DNA of 20,000 nucleotides from an uncultured virus (IMG/VR IMGVR_UViG_2667527966_000006) (Duplodnaviria > Heunggongvirae > Uroviricota > Caudoviricetes), in IMG/VR virus record IMGVR_UViG_2667527966_000006; one strand, 5' to 3'. How positions within the stretch are numbered: the stretch's first letter is position 1; each line of letters starts with the position of its first letter. The notes under the pieces were generated by a model. It was given only the letters and a program-made list of their open reading frames with translations, did no database searches and had not been told where the DNA came from. The position numbers and the translations under genes are program-made. This document shows, one piece after another, positions 1 through 8,890 of this stretch.

Positions 1-1878
1 GCCGCGACTGTTCAGCTGGCGAGTAAGTACCTCGTCCAGAACCGAGTCACCGGCGAAATCTACGAAGCCCCGCAGCAGCTGTATATGCTGGTGGGTATGT
101 GTCTTTTCCAGAATTGGGAAGATGGTTGTGCCGGCAAAACACGTCTGGAAATGGTGAAGGGGTTCTATGACGTCACCAGTACATTCAAATTGTCTCTGCC
201 CACCCCAATCATGGCCGGCGTCCGTACCCCGACGCGCCAGTTCTCCAGCTGCGTTCTGATTGAGTCCGAAGACAGTTTGAAAGGGATCAGCGCTGCATCC
301 TCTGCCATTATCGATTACGTGTCGCGTCGTGCTGGCATTGGGATTGGTTTTGGCCGCCTGCGTGCATTGGGGAGTGAGATCCGCAATGGAGAAGCAACCC
401 ACACTGGCGTAATCCCATTTCTGAAACACTTCCAGACCGCTGTGAAATCATGCTCGCAGGGTGGCGTTCGCGGCGGCGCAGCGACGGCTTTCTACCCTAT
501 TTGGCATCTGGAAGTTGAAAGTCTGCTGGTGTTGAAGAATAACCGTGGCATCGAGGAGAACCGTGTTCGTCATCTGGACTATGGCGTAATGATCAACCGC
601 CTTATGTATCGCCGCCTGGTACGCAACGAGAATATTACGCTGTTCAGCCCGCATGATGTGCCGGGGCTCTATGATGCTTTCTTTGTCGATCAGGACAAAT
701 TCGAAGCGCTGTACCTGCAATATGAAGCTGATGAGAGCATCCGCAAGAAATCCGTTCCCGCTGTTGATCTGTTCTCAACCCTGATGCAGGAACGAGCCTC
801 TACCGGCCGCGTGTATATTGCGAACGTTGACCATATGAACGAACACGGCGCCTTCGATCCGAAAGTCGCTCCAGTTCACCAGTCAAACTTATGCATGGAG
901 ATTACGCTGCCAACTAAACCGCTGGCGTTTACCGATGACGCCGATGGTGAGATCGCCCTTTGCACGCTGTCTGCGTTTAATCTGGGGGCATTACGCTCAC
1001 TGGATACGCTGAAAGAGGTCGCCTTCTATGCGGTGGCTGCGCTCGATTCCCTACTCGACTATCAGGATTACCCGATGGCCGCAGCGGAAATTCCGGCAAA
1101 AGCACGTCGTAGTTTGGGCGTCGGCGTTACCAATCTTGCGTACTATCTGGCGAAGAACGGATTTAACTACTCTGATCCGGCCGGCAACCAGCTGGTGCAT
1201 GAAACGTTTGAAGCGATCCAGTATTACCTGCTTGATGCAAGTTGCCGGCTGGCGGAAGCCAAAGGCGCCTGTGATTGGTTTTCCCAAACTAAATATGCCC
1301 AGGGACAGCTGCCGATTGACCATTACCGCAAGTCGCTTGACGCTAACCCTGATACGTCCTTTGAGCTGAAAATGCCGTGGGAAGAGCTGCGTGGCCGCAT
1401 ACGCGAATATGGTCTGCGTAACTCTACCCTGACAGCTCAGATGCCGTGCGAAACGTCCAGCCAAATCACCAACTCCACAAATGGTATCGAACCGCCGCGT
1501 GGCCCTGTTTCCGTGAAATCATCCAAAGACGGCATTGTGAAAATGGTGGTTCCGGACTTTGCGGCACTGAAAGATCAGTACGAGTACCTTTGGGATATGC
1601 CGGATAACCGCGGCTATCTGACCAAAGTTGCGATCATTCAGAAGTTCTTTGACCAGGCTATTTCAGCCAACACCAACTATGACCCTACTCGCTTCCCGGG
1701 CGACAAGGTTCCAATGATGAAGTTGCTTGAAGATCTGCTCTTCGCTTATCAGCAAGGCGTGAAGACGCTTTATTACCACAACACACGAGATGGTGCCGGT
1801 AAGCGTGAAGACGATGATCTGGCCTCTGTTGCGTTGGTTGAGCCAGAAGATGAGTGCGATGGCGCATGCAAAATCTAA
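1..1878 (+). CDS. nrdA: Ribonucleoside-diphosphate reductase class Ia alpha subunit (5' end outside window)
   Basis: Frame open from base 1 (AATVQLASKYLVQNRVTGEIYE, NrdA-like). Motifs PTPIMAG, QFSSCVL, SCSQGGVRGG, SNLCMEI, ETSSQITNSTNGIEPPR, KTLYY and C-terminal redox pair ECDGACKI. Confidence 0.97.
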   Translation, partial: AATVQLASKYLVQNRVTGEIYEAPQQLYMLVGMCLFQNWEDGCAGKTRLEMVKGFYDVTSTFKLSLPTPIMAGVRTPTRQFSSCVLIESEDSLKGISAASSAIIDYVSRRAGIGIGFGRLRALGSEIRNGEATHTGVIPFLKHFQTAVKSCSQGGVRGGAATAFYPIWHLEVESLLVLKNNRGIEENRVRHLDYGVMINRLMYRRLVRNENITLFSPHDVPGLYDAFFVDQDKFEALYLQYEADESIRKKSVPAVDLFSTLMQERASTGRVYIANVDHMNEHGAFDPKVAPVHQSNLCMEITLPTKPLAFTDDADGEIALCTLSAFNLGALRSLDTLKEVAFYAVAALDSLLDYQDYPMAAAEIPAKARRSLGVGVTNLAYYLAKNGFNYSDPAGNQLVHETFEAIQYYLLDASCRLAEAKGACDWFSQTKYAQGQLPIDHYRKSLDANPDTSFELKMPWEELRGRIREYGLRNSTLTAQMPCETSSQITNSTNGIEPPRGPVSVKSSKDGIVKMVVPDFAALKDQYEYLWDMPDNRGYLTKVAIIQKFFDQAISANTNYDPTRFPGDKVPMMKLLEDLLFAYQQGVKTLYYHNTRDGAGKREDDDLASVALVEPEDECDGACKI

Positions 1879-1883
1879 TAAGC

Positions 1884-1906
1884 GTGGGGAGATATCCCCA
1901 CCTTTC
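1884..1906 (+). terminator. Stem-loop after nrdA
   Basis: GTGGGGA-GATA-TCCCCAC followed only by a weak CTTTC tract. Confidence 0.45.
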
Positions 1907-2008
1907 ACTTCATTGAATGCCTCATTTTAACCAATAAGATAATAATTTGTTTAGAAGCGCATCTAATTAAATTGTTTAATAATACCGATAACATTCAAAG
2001 GGAAACAC

Positions 2009-3151
2009 ATGAGTTACTCCACTTTCCGTTTGGGCGCTAACGACGCAACCAAAGAGCCTATGTTCCTCGGGCAGTCTGTCAACGTTGCGCGCTACGATCA
2101 GCAGAAGTACCGCGATTTCGAAAAGCTGATCGAAAAACAACTCTCCTTCTTCTGGCGCCCGGAAGAAGTCGACATAACCACCGATCGCATCGATTTCAAT
2201 ACGAAGCTGCAAGAGCATGAGCGACACATTTTCCTGAGCAACCTCCGTTACCAGACTCTGCTGGATTCCGTTCAGGGACGCAGCCCAAACGCAACGCTGC
2301 TGCCGCTTATTTCAATTCCAGAGCTCGAAACGTGGGTGGAAACATGGTCGTTCTCTGAAACCATTCACAGCCGCAGCTACACCCACATTATTCGCGGTAT
2401 GGTGGATGATCCGAGCATTGTCTTCGATGGCATTGTGACCGACGAGGAAATTATCAGCCGGGCTATCAGTATCTCTACAGAGTACGACAAGCTCTATGAG
2501 ATGACCTGCGCGCGCCAGCACCTGGGAGAAGATGAATTCGAACGGCTCTACGTCTCCGAATTTGACGGAAAGCCCTACCCTCTCCAGCGCCAGCTGTTCC
2601 GTACTTTGGTATCCATCAACGCTCTGGAGGCCATTCGTTTTTACGTTAGCTTCGCCTGTACGTTTGCTTTTGGAGAAAGGAAATTACTTGAGGGCAACAC
2701 CAAAATCATGCGTTTCATTGCGCGCGATGAGGCGCTTCATTGCGAAGGCACAGAACGAATGCTCCGGTTTATGCGTACAGGCCGCGAAGGCTTGCTATGG
2801 GCCCAGATCGCTGCGGATGAGGAACCATTCATCTATCAGACCATGATGGACGTTGCCGAACAGGAAATGCGCTGGGCAGATTATCTGTTTAAAGACGGCT
2901 CAATGATTGGTTTAAACGCCGATATCCTGAAAAGCTATGTTAAATACCGAACCAATCTTGCGATGCGCCGTCTTGGCCTGAAACCACTGTACCCGGAGAT
3001 AAAAGATGACCCGCTGGTGTGGATGAACAAATGGCTGTTGTCCGACACCTTGCAGATTGCACCGCAGGAAGCTGAGCAAAGCACTTATCTCGTTGGCCAG
3101 ATTGACTCCGCTGTTGATCGCGCTGGCCTAAGCCAGTTTGCCGATTTGTAA
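2009..3151 (+). CDS. nrdB: Ribonucleoside-diphosphate reductase class Ia beta subunit
   Basis: [30 protein letters not shown] (radical Tyr), [18 protein letters not shown] iron ligands, C-terminal APQEAE..YLVG. Confidence 0.97.
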   Translation: MSYSTFRLGANDATKEPMFLGQSVNVARYDQQKYRDFEKLIEKQLSFFWRPEEVDITTDRIDFNTKLQEHERHIFLSNLRYQTLLDSVQGRSPNATLLPLISIPELETWVETWSFSETIHSRSYTHIIRGMVDDPSIVFDGIVTDEEIISRAISISTEYDKLYEMTCARQHLGEDEFERLYVSEFDGKPYPLQRQLFRTLVSINALEAIRFYVSFACTFAFGERKLLEGNTKIMRFIARDEALHCEGTERMLRFMRTGREGLLWAQIAADEEPFIYQTMMDVAEQEMRWADYLFKDGSMIGLNADILKSYVKYRTNLAMRRLGLKPLYPEIKDDPLVWMNKWLLSDTLQIAPQEAEQSTYLVGQIDSAVDRAGLSQFADL

Positions 3152-3228
3152 GCCTGGATAAAGATTTTGTGGCCTGGTCGCTCTGGGCCACAATGAACGC
3201 GAAAAAAAGCACTAAGGAAAGATAAAGC

Positions 3229-4104
3229 ATGAAATTAACGAAACTGACCGACCATCTCAAGCTGGCCACCGATAAACTGGTGGGCTTCAAACCAGAGCCA
3301 TATGAGCTGAACCCCGGTTTTGGAGAAGCGACAGAGAGTATTTACAAGATGGTTGACCAGTTCCACGAGCTGTTTCAGCACCCGCGTCGTGTAATGCCCA
3401 CTCCGGAGCTGCTGCGCCTGCGCGCTAAGCTGATCCATGAAGAGGCGGTAGAAGAAGGGCTGCCTGCAGCGAAAAAGGGGGATATGCAGGGATTGCTGGA
3501 TGCAATGGCTGACTTCCTGTATGTGGGTGTCGGGACGATGGTAGCCATCAAAGGTGGGCTATCAACTGGCATGAGCTATTACACTCAGGAGCAAAGCGTC
3601 GATCGCTTTATTCATACCATTATGGTGCCTGGAAATACCGTCTTCGACGATATGGCCATCCCCTTCAATGAAGCAGAAGAAGCTGCGCTTATGTTGGCCG
3701 CGCTGGCCGATAAACTTGAACATAACAAGGTAGGTGATGCTGAGCTGATTCAGGATCTGCGCCGCGTGATGAACAAAATCTATGTGGCGTGCATGATGGT
3801 GTATCGCCTGGCTGAATTCCTTGGCGTCGACGTCGTGGAGCTGGTGGCGGAGATCCACCGTTCTAATATGACAAAGCTGTGGCCGGCGGATGCTGAAGCG
3901 CGTCGTCTTGCCGTTGAGAACTATAAATATGATAAGAATGATCTCGGATTCCGCCATGCTGACGGCACTGACATGATGATCGGCTATCGCCTGTCTGATG
4001 GAAAAATCCTTAAATCGCCGACATATAGCGATGTCGATCTGTCTCGTTTCCTTGAGCAAGCACAGGCATCTTCGCTGTATGAAGTGGTTAAAAACAGCTT
4101 GTAA
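3229..4104 (+). CDS. MazG-like all-alpha nucleoside triphosphate pyrophosphohydrolase (putative dUTPase or house-cleaning enzyme)
   Basis: VDQFHELF, LRAKLIHEEAVEE, DAMADFLYV, EIHRSNMTK and DGKILKSP resemble the DR2231/PRA-PH-like family. RBS AAGGA upstream. Lies between nrdB and thyA. Confidence 0.8.
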   Translation: MKLTKLTDHLKLATDKLVGFKPEPYELNPGFGEATESIYKMVDQFHELFQHPRRVMPTPELLRLRAKLIHEEAVEEGLPAAKKGDMQGLLDAMADFLYVGVGTMVAIKGGLSTGMSYYTQEQSVDRFIHTIMVPGNTVFDDMAIPFNEAEEAALMLAALADKLEHNKVGDAELIQDLRRVMNKIYVACMMVYRLAEFLGVDVVELVAEIHRSNMTKLWPADAEARRLAVENYKYDKNDLGFRHADGTDMMIGYRLSDGKILKSPTYSDVDLSRFLEQAQASSLYEVVKNSL

Positions 4105-4195
4105 GTACTAACTTATCAATATATATTGAAATGGACGTGTGATCTATTGTCCATTTCTATCCTTATCAATCTTTATTTTCGATAAAGTTGAGCGT

Positions 4196-4222
4196 TGGTG
4201 GCCCCGTGGCCACCATTTTTTT
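4196..4222 (+). terminator. Rho-independent terminator
   Basis: TGGTGGCC-CCGT-GGCCACCA followed by T7. Confidence 0.85.
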
Positions 4223-4263
4223 ACTTAATTTCTAGCCTGGATGTCTTCTCTGTGTTTAAAATG

Positions 4264-4283
4264 ATAGGTATGTACTTACTTAT
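4264..4283. promoter_or_regulatory. Palindromic operator family A upstream of thyA
   Basis: ATAGGTATGTACTTACTTAT has 2 mismatches to the perfect palindrome at 9878-9897. It lies just downstream of TAAAAT (4257-4262). Confidence 0.65.
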
Positions 4284-4297
4284 TATTTGAGGTCATC

Positions 4298-5401
4298 TTG
4301 TCTTTTTTACTTAATCGAGAATTCAGTAACGGTCAGCTGGCTTCGAGCTCTTATGGCCGTGTCATTCAGACCGTTGTTGATACCGGCGTTCCTTCCGAAG
4401 ATCGCACCGGCACCGGTACGCTTGGCGTTTCTTATGTGCCTTCCTACTACATGCTTACCGGCGGGGCTGTTCCGCTCATTTCTTCAAAACAGGTAAACCT
4501 TAAACCGCTACTGGTTGAGCTTGAATGGTATTTACAAGGTTCAGGCAACATTGGGTTCCTTAAAGAGCATGGTGTGAAGATCTGGGATGCTTGGGCCGAC
4601 GATAATGGCGATTTAGGGCCTGTATATGGCAAGCAATGGCGCCGATGGGAGGACACCAGGATTGTCCCTTACAGTGAGTATCGCCTTAAGGAGGACATCT
4701 TCATGGAACGTGGTTATCGCGTTGAAGGTTACATTGGGCTGAATGAAGACCGCGTCGTTATCACCCGTGAAATCGATCAGTTACAACGTATGGTTGATCA
4801 GTTGCGCAACAACCCGACCGATCGCCGCATCCTGCTTAATGCCTGGAATGTTGGTGAGCTGGAGGATATGAAGCTTCCACCTTGCCACTTTGTGTTATCC
4901 GTATGGAGTCGTGAGCTCGATTTCCAGACCCGTTTGTCTATGGCCACCGATATTGGCATCCAGCATAACCGGCATGGCTATGAATCGATCTATACCCAGA
5001 TGCTTTGCCTGATAGAGCAGCGAGGCAGTATCTCTGAGCCAATGCTGGATGAGCTTGGTATCCCTAAACGTATCCTGAACTCCTGCCTGGTGCAGCGGAG
5101 TGTCGATACTTTCCTTGGTATGCCATTCAATATTGCCGGTTACGGCATCCTCACGCAGTTCATTGCGAAGATTACGGGTCACATGGCTGGCGCCTTCGTC
5201 CATTTCGGCTTTGATGTTCACATTTACAACAACCACTTGGAGCAGGTTGAAGAGCTACTGGCTCGCGAACATCCGGAGTCGTCCGACCCCATCGTCGTCT
5301 TCCCGCACGAATGGGAAGAGCTGGATGACTTCAAATGGGACGGCGTGCAGATCTTCGGCTACGAACCACTTCCATGGATTAAGGCTCCAGTGGCGGTGTG
5401 A
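4298..5401 (+). CDS. thyA: Thymidylate synthase with insertions
   Basis: DRTGTGT, ELEWYLQG, IWDAWAD, LGPVYGKQWR, RRILLNAWN, LPPCH (catalytic Cys), QRSVD, PFNIAGY, DVHIYNNH, IKAPVAV. TTG start after GAGG. Confidence 0.95.
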   Translation: MSFLLNREFSNGQLASSSYGRVIQTVVDTGVPSEDRTGTGTLGVSYVPSYYMLTGGAVPLISSKQVNLKPLLVELEWYLQGSGNIGFLKEHGVKIWDAWADDNGDLGPVYGKQWRRWEDTRIVPYSEYRLKEDIFMERGYRVEGYIGLNEDRVVITREIDQLQRMVDQLRNNPTDRRILLNAWNVGELEDMKLPPCHFVLSVWSRELDFQTRLSMATDIGIQHNRHGYESIYTQMLCLIEQRGSISEPMLDELGIPKRILNSCLVQRSVDTFLGMPFNIAGYGILTQFIAKITGHMAGAFVHFGFDVHIYNNHLEQVEELLAREHPESSDPIVVFPHEWEELDDFKWDGVQIFGYEPLPWIKAPVAV

Positions 5402-5402
5402 T

Positions 5403-5816
5403 ATGGCCAGAGGCATGTATGTGTTATGTGAAATTGAAGATGTGCTGGCGAGAGCCGGCCATCGTAAAGCCGCTGCTGATGAAAACGCAGACACTCTCGT
5501 TGCAGGTGATGAGCTCATATTCCCCACCAGCCGCATGTTGCGTGGCTTTGCTCGCTCCGGTGCTGAAGTGGTGCTTATCAGCCACCGTCCGGAAGCGCTC
5601 GAAAGCGCAACCAAAAAATGGCTGAGAGATTTCGGCATTGATTATGACTGGCTGCACCTGGCACCACGTGGAGTCAATTACGAAACCCATATAAAGCGCA
5701 CGCTTGCCGCGCATAAAGATGATCTGATGATCGCGGCACTGGTGAGTTCGTCACGCCTACGAGCCGCTCTGTCTGGTTTCCACCAGCGCCCGGTATTGTA
5801 TGAGGTGTCTCAATGA
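5403..5816 (+). CDS. HAD-superfamily-like protein (PNKP phosphatase-like) with degenerate active-site motifs
   Basis: ATG 2 nt after the thyA stop. YVLCEIEDVLA (motif I-like), VVLISHRPE (motif II-like), TKKWLRDFGIDYDWLHL. Overlaps the DHFR start (ATGA). Confidence 0.65.
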   Translation: MARGMYVLCEIEDVLARAGHRKAAADENADTLVAGDELIFPTSRMLRGFARSGAEVVLISHRPEALESATKKWLRDFGIDYDWLHLAPRGVNYETHIKRTLAAHKDDLMIAALVSSSRLRAALSGFHQRPVLYEVSQ

Positions 5817-6289
5817 AGATGATTGCAGCTGTCGGTCGCAATTATGAGATCGGTAGAGGAAACGAACTCCCCTGGCGCTGCCCCTCAGAGTTAAAACTGT
5901 TCAGGGAGCTCACCACAAACGCCACAGTCGTCATGGGCAGAAAGACAATGGAAAGTCTTAAGCGCCCGCTTCCGGAGCGCCACAACGTCGTTCTGACGCG
6001 CTCATCTGGGTTCATGCCCAATGGTTTTTACCCTGCCACTATGGACGATGTAATGCAGCTTGATGGTCCCGTTTGGGTTATCGGCGGTGCGCAGATCTAT
6101 TCTCTGTTTCTGCCTCACGTCGAGGAACTCTGGTTATCGCATATGGGCGTAGACGTTCCTGACAGTGATGCTCATTTTCCGCGGCAAATGATGCGTAATC
6201 TCGGCTTCTTTCCTGTGTTAACGGCTCATACACAACGGGGAACGGAGGATGAGCCCGGCTTCAAACAGATTGTTTACAGAAGGTGGTAA
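5813..6289 (+). CDS. Dihydrofolate reductase (FolA/DfrA family)
   Basis: IAAV..N..IG..NELPW, VVMGRKTMESL..PLPERHNVVLTR, VWVIGGAQIY, DAHFP. Confidence 0.95.
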   Translation: MKMIAAVGRNYEIGRGNELPWRCPSELKLFRELTTNATVVMGRKTMESLKRPLPERHNVVLTRSSGFMPNGFYPATMDDVMQLDGPVWVIGGAQIYSLFLPHVEELWLSHMGVDVPDSDAHFPRQMMRNLGFFPVLTAHTQRGTEDEPGFKQIVYRRW

Positions 6290-6933
6290 TGGATTACCGA
6301 ATTGGGATCACTGGCGCTCAGGGCAGTGGAAAAACAACCCTGGCAAAGTTTATCGACGAGCATTACGGCATTCCGTATGTGGATGCTGGCGTCGGCGCAC
6401 TGATGACAAGGCTTGGAGTCAACGTAGGCGATCCAATGCCGCTCTTTGAGCGTCTGCAGGTGCAGATGGAAGTTGCCCGCCATATTGAGCTGGTAACACG
6501 CGGAGCGGAAGGTTTTGTAATAGACCGTACGCCTGCTGATGTGATGGCTTATACGCTCGATTTGGTAGGCCAGACCAATGACAAACGATGTATTGATCTG
6601 GCGCTGGAAATTGAGCGCTTTTGCCACAAGACCGCGTTGTCCAATTTTAATGCCATTGCGGGGCTGCGCCCGGGCGTGAATTTGAGAGCACAAGATTATG
6701 AACGAGCCCAGAGAGGTTCGCTTGATCGTCTTTATGTCGCTCGTATCGACTCGTTGATGTGTGGCGAGCTGACAAAAATTAACTCTCTGGCCAAATCCGG
6801 AGATCTGCAGGTTTTCGTCCTGTCGGGAACCTGCATTTCCGTTGACGCAAGAGCACGCTCGATCATGCGAGTAATCGACCGCCATGTGGAACGTATAGAG
6901 AGCCGTATCTCAAATCGCGTCACCTTCCACTGA
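6289..6933 (+). CDS. P-loop NTPase, probable nucleoside/nucleotide kinase-like protein
   Basis: Walker A IGITGAQGSGKTT and FVIDRTPAD (kinase DR motif). TAATG coupling to DHFR. Located in the nucleotide cluster. Confidence 0.7.
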   Translation: MDYRIGITGAQGSGKTTLAKFIDEHYGIPYVDAGVGALMTRLGVNVGDPMPLFERLQVQMEVARHIELVTRGAEGFVIDRTPADVMAYTLDLVGQTNDKRCIDLALEIERFCHKTALSNFNAIAGLRPGVNLRAQDYERAQRGSLDRLYVARIDSLMCGELTKINSLAKSGDLQVFVLSGTCISVDARARSIMRVIDRHVERIESRISNRVTFH

Positions 6934-6996
6934 TTCTTGTTCCCCTGTGAAGGAATGCCAGAATAACGTCACCAAAAATAGTTTCAGGAAAACAGA

Positions 6997-7416
6997 ATGT
7001 TAGGCGAAATATCTCTGGCTGATGAGTTAGATCGTAAAACGATAGAGGCGCTTACACGCATCGCAGAAGAGCAGTCCCGATCGTTGATGACAGAACGAGA
7101 GGCCAGGCTGGCTATCAGAGCTGTTTTTGAGTCCGTTCAGGGATTGGTAGGCGATGATGTGGGAGAGGTTCTGAATGTGGCAATGTCCCAGTTCAGCGAA
7201 CGCGGCAAGCGACCTATCTTCCCCATGCATATCAAAATGGCTGCCGGCACGGTTCTGTATGTGTCGATTTGTCTGGATACAAATGAAATTCGCATTCTCA
7301 ACGTCACCACTGGTGAGTGGCATGCGCCGGTAGTGTGCGAATCGCAGGAGGAGACCATCAAAAAAGCAGCTCAATTCGTGCGTAGCGCACTGCTTAAAGG
7401 TGCCAAAAAGCTGTAA
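6997..7416 (+). CDS. Hypothetical protein
   Basis: 139-aa ORF with RBS AGGA, co-oriented with neighbours. Confidence 0.75.
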   Translation: MLGEISLADELDRKTIEALTRIAEEQSRSLMTEREARLAIRAVFESVQGLVGDDVGEVLNVAMSQFSERGKRPIFPMHIKMAAGTVLYVSICLDTNEIRILNVTTGEWHAPVVCESQEETIKKAAQFVRSALLKGAKKL

Positions 7417-7425
7417 GGAGTAGTA

Positions 7426-8220
7426 ATGGGACAACCAGTAAATATAGCAGGCAAACGTTTTGGAAAGTTGGTTGCACTTAAATATTCCGGTATTTCAAAC
7501 AAACAGGGGCGACTTTGGGATTGCATCTGCGATTGCGGTAACACCTGCCAAGTTAGTTACGGGAAGCTAAATCACGGGGCGACAATATCGTGTGGCTGTG
7601 TCTACAACGCACATCGTCGTAGCATAAAGCCTCATGGTATGAGTAAAACGCCAATTTATCGTATATGGCTGGGTATGCGGGAACGATGTGAAAAAACAAC
7701 CCATCACGCCTATAAGTGGTATGGCGGCCGAGGTATCAAAGTCTGTGAGCGGTGGCAAATCTTTGAAAATTTTTATGCTGACATGGGAGAGCGACCAGAA
7801 GGGATGTCTCTTGATCGCAAAGATGTGAATGGTGACTACGAACCTGAAAATTGCAGATGGGCGACTTTTGAAGAGCAGGCCAATAACACGCGTTCAAACT
7901 TAATTTTGGAGCATATGGGGGAAAAGCTGACTCTCTCACAATGGGCTAAAAGAGCTGGGATTCAGGCATCTACTCTTCACTATCGAATCAAGAAGGGGTG
8001 GCCATTAGGTCGCGCGCTTAACGCCAGCGTCGACACATATGCCAACCGAGATAGTAAGCGTCTGATCGAGTGTCGTGGCAGAACTCAGCGGATTACCGAA
8101 TGGGCAAGAGAGGTTGGCTTGACTGCGACCATTATCTCGCAGCGAATTTTGAGGGGATGGGATGTTGAAGCTGCCATTTTCACACCATCCAAACGACCAG
8201 TAAAAGGAGATAAAAAGTGA
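7426..8220 (+). CDS. Free-standing HNH homing endonuclease
   Basis: N-terminal GKRFGKL..W.C.CDCG and SCGC, HGMSKTPIY.IW..M..RC, YGGRGIKVCERW, SLDRKDVNGDYEPENCRWAT, plus two C-terminal HTH-like repeats. Confidence 0.9.
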   Translation: MGQPVNIAGKRFGKLVALKYSGISNKQGRLWDCICDCGNTCQVSYGKLNHGATISCGCVYNAHRRSIKPHGMSKTPIYRIWLGMRERCEKTTHHAYKWYGGRGIKVCERWQIFENFYADMGERPEGMSLDRKDVNGDYEPENCRWATFEEQANNTRSNLILEHMGEKLTLSQWAKRAGIQASTLHYRIKKGWPLGRALNASVDTYANRDSKRLIECRGRTQRITEWAREVGLTATIISQRILRGWDVEAAIFTPSKRPVKGDKK

Positions 8221-8765
8221 TTGCTACAGGGGTGGACATCGAATCTACAGGTATTGATTTTCTCTCAGGCCATAAGATCATTGAAATCGCAATGGTGAAG
8301 TACGAAATTGAGACCCAGGCAATGGTTGATAGTTTTGTAATGCGGTTCAACCCGCGTCGCAGTATCGATCCTAAAGCGCAAGCTGTACACGGTATCTGTC
8401 TTGAAGATTTAGCCGCTGAGCCGTTACTAGCCGATCACGCTTCATCTGTCGCTTCATTCCTCTCTTCTTCCGATATTTGGATAGCCCACAATGGCGAAGC
8501 ATTCGACATTCCGTTTATTAGGCATGAGCTGAAAAGTTACGGTTTTTCGCTTCCAGACGTCCCATTGATTGACACTGTATTTTCCCTGTGGGCGACAGAA
8601 GACGGCAAACGGCCGCGACTGGAGGAACTCGCCTTCTCATTGGGTTTTGTCTATGACAAGACTAAGGCGCACAGCGCGCTCTATGATACCGATCTGATGA
8701 TGCACTGCTTTTTCAAAGCACGGGAAAAATACGGCTTCTATAAGCTCCCATTCGAAAGCGCCTGA
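8217..8765 (+). CDS. DEDDh 3'-5' exonuclease (DnaQ/Pol III epsilon-like)
   Basis: ExoI VDIESTG, ExoII IAHNGEAFDIPF, ExoIII HSALYDT. GTG start with AGGAG RBS. Confidence 0.9.
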   Translation: MIATGVDIESTGIDFLSGHKIIEIAMVKYEIETQAMVDSFVMRFNPRRSIDPKAQAVHGICLEDLAAEPLLADHASSVASFLSSSDIWIAHNGEAFDIPFIRHELKSYGFSLPDVPLIDTVFSLWATEDGKRPRLEELAFSLGFVYDKTKAHSALYDTDLMMHCFFKAREKYGFYKLPFESA

Positions 8766-8890
8766 CGGCGCTTTCGCCCCTCTCATTATCCCAACTGCCT
8801 GTATTTACTTCTTTTCCACCTAATAGGTTTTGACAAAATGCTCTCAACCCAAAAACGTATAAACGCTCACACAACGTAAAGGAGAGAGAC

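Noticed and set aside
1..3151. Introns or inteins in nrdA or nrdB
   Set aside because: Both frames are continuous and collinear with class Ia enzymes, with no large insert.
4298..5401. thyA as a dCMP hydroxymethylase or part of a base-hypermodification system
   Set aside because: It retains the dUMP-specifying Asn (PFNIAGY) and is linked to DHFR. No glycosyltransferase or other modification genes are in the window.
5100..5402. 238-aa ORF starting at 5100
   Set aside because: The first 101 codons overlap thyA out of frame. ATG 5403 just after the thyA stop is the plausible start.
8830..8863. Canonical promoter TTGACA...TATAAA
   Set aside because: The spacing of 22 bp is incompatible with sigma70.
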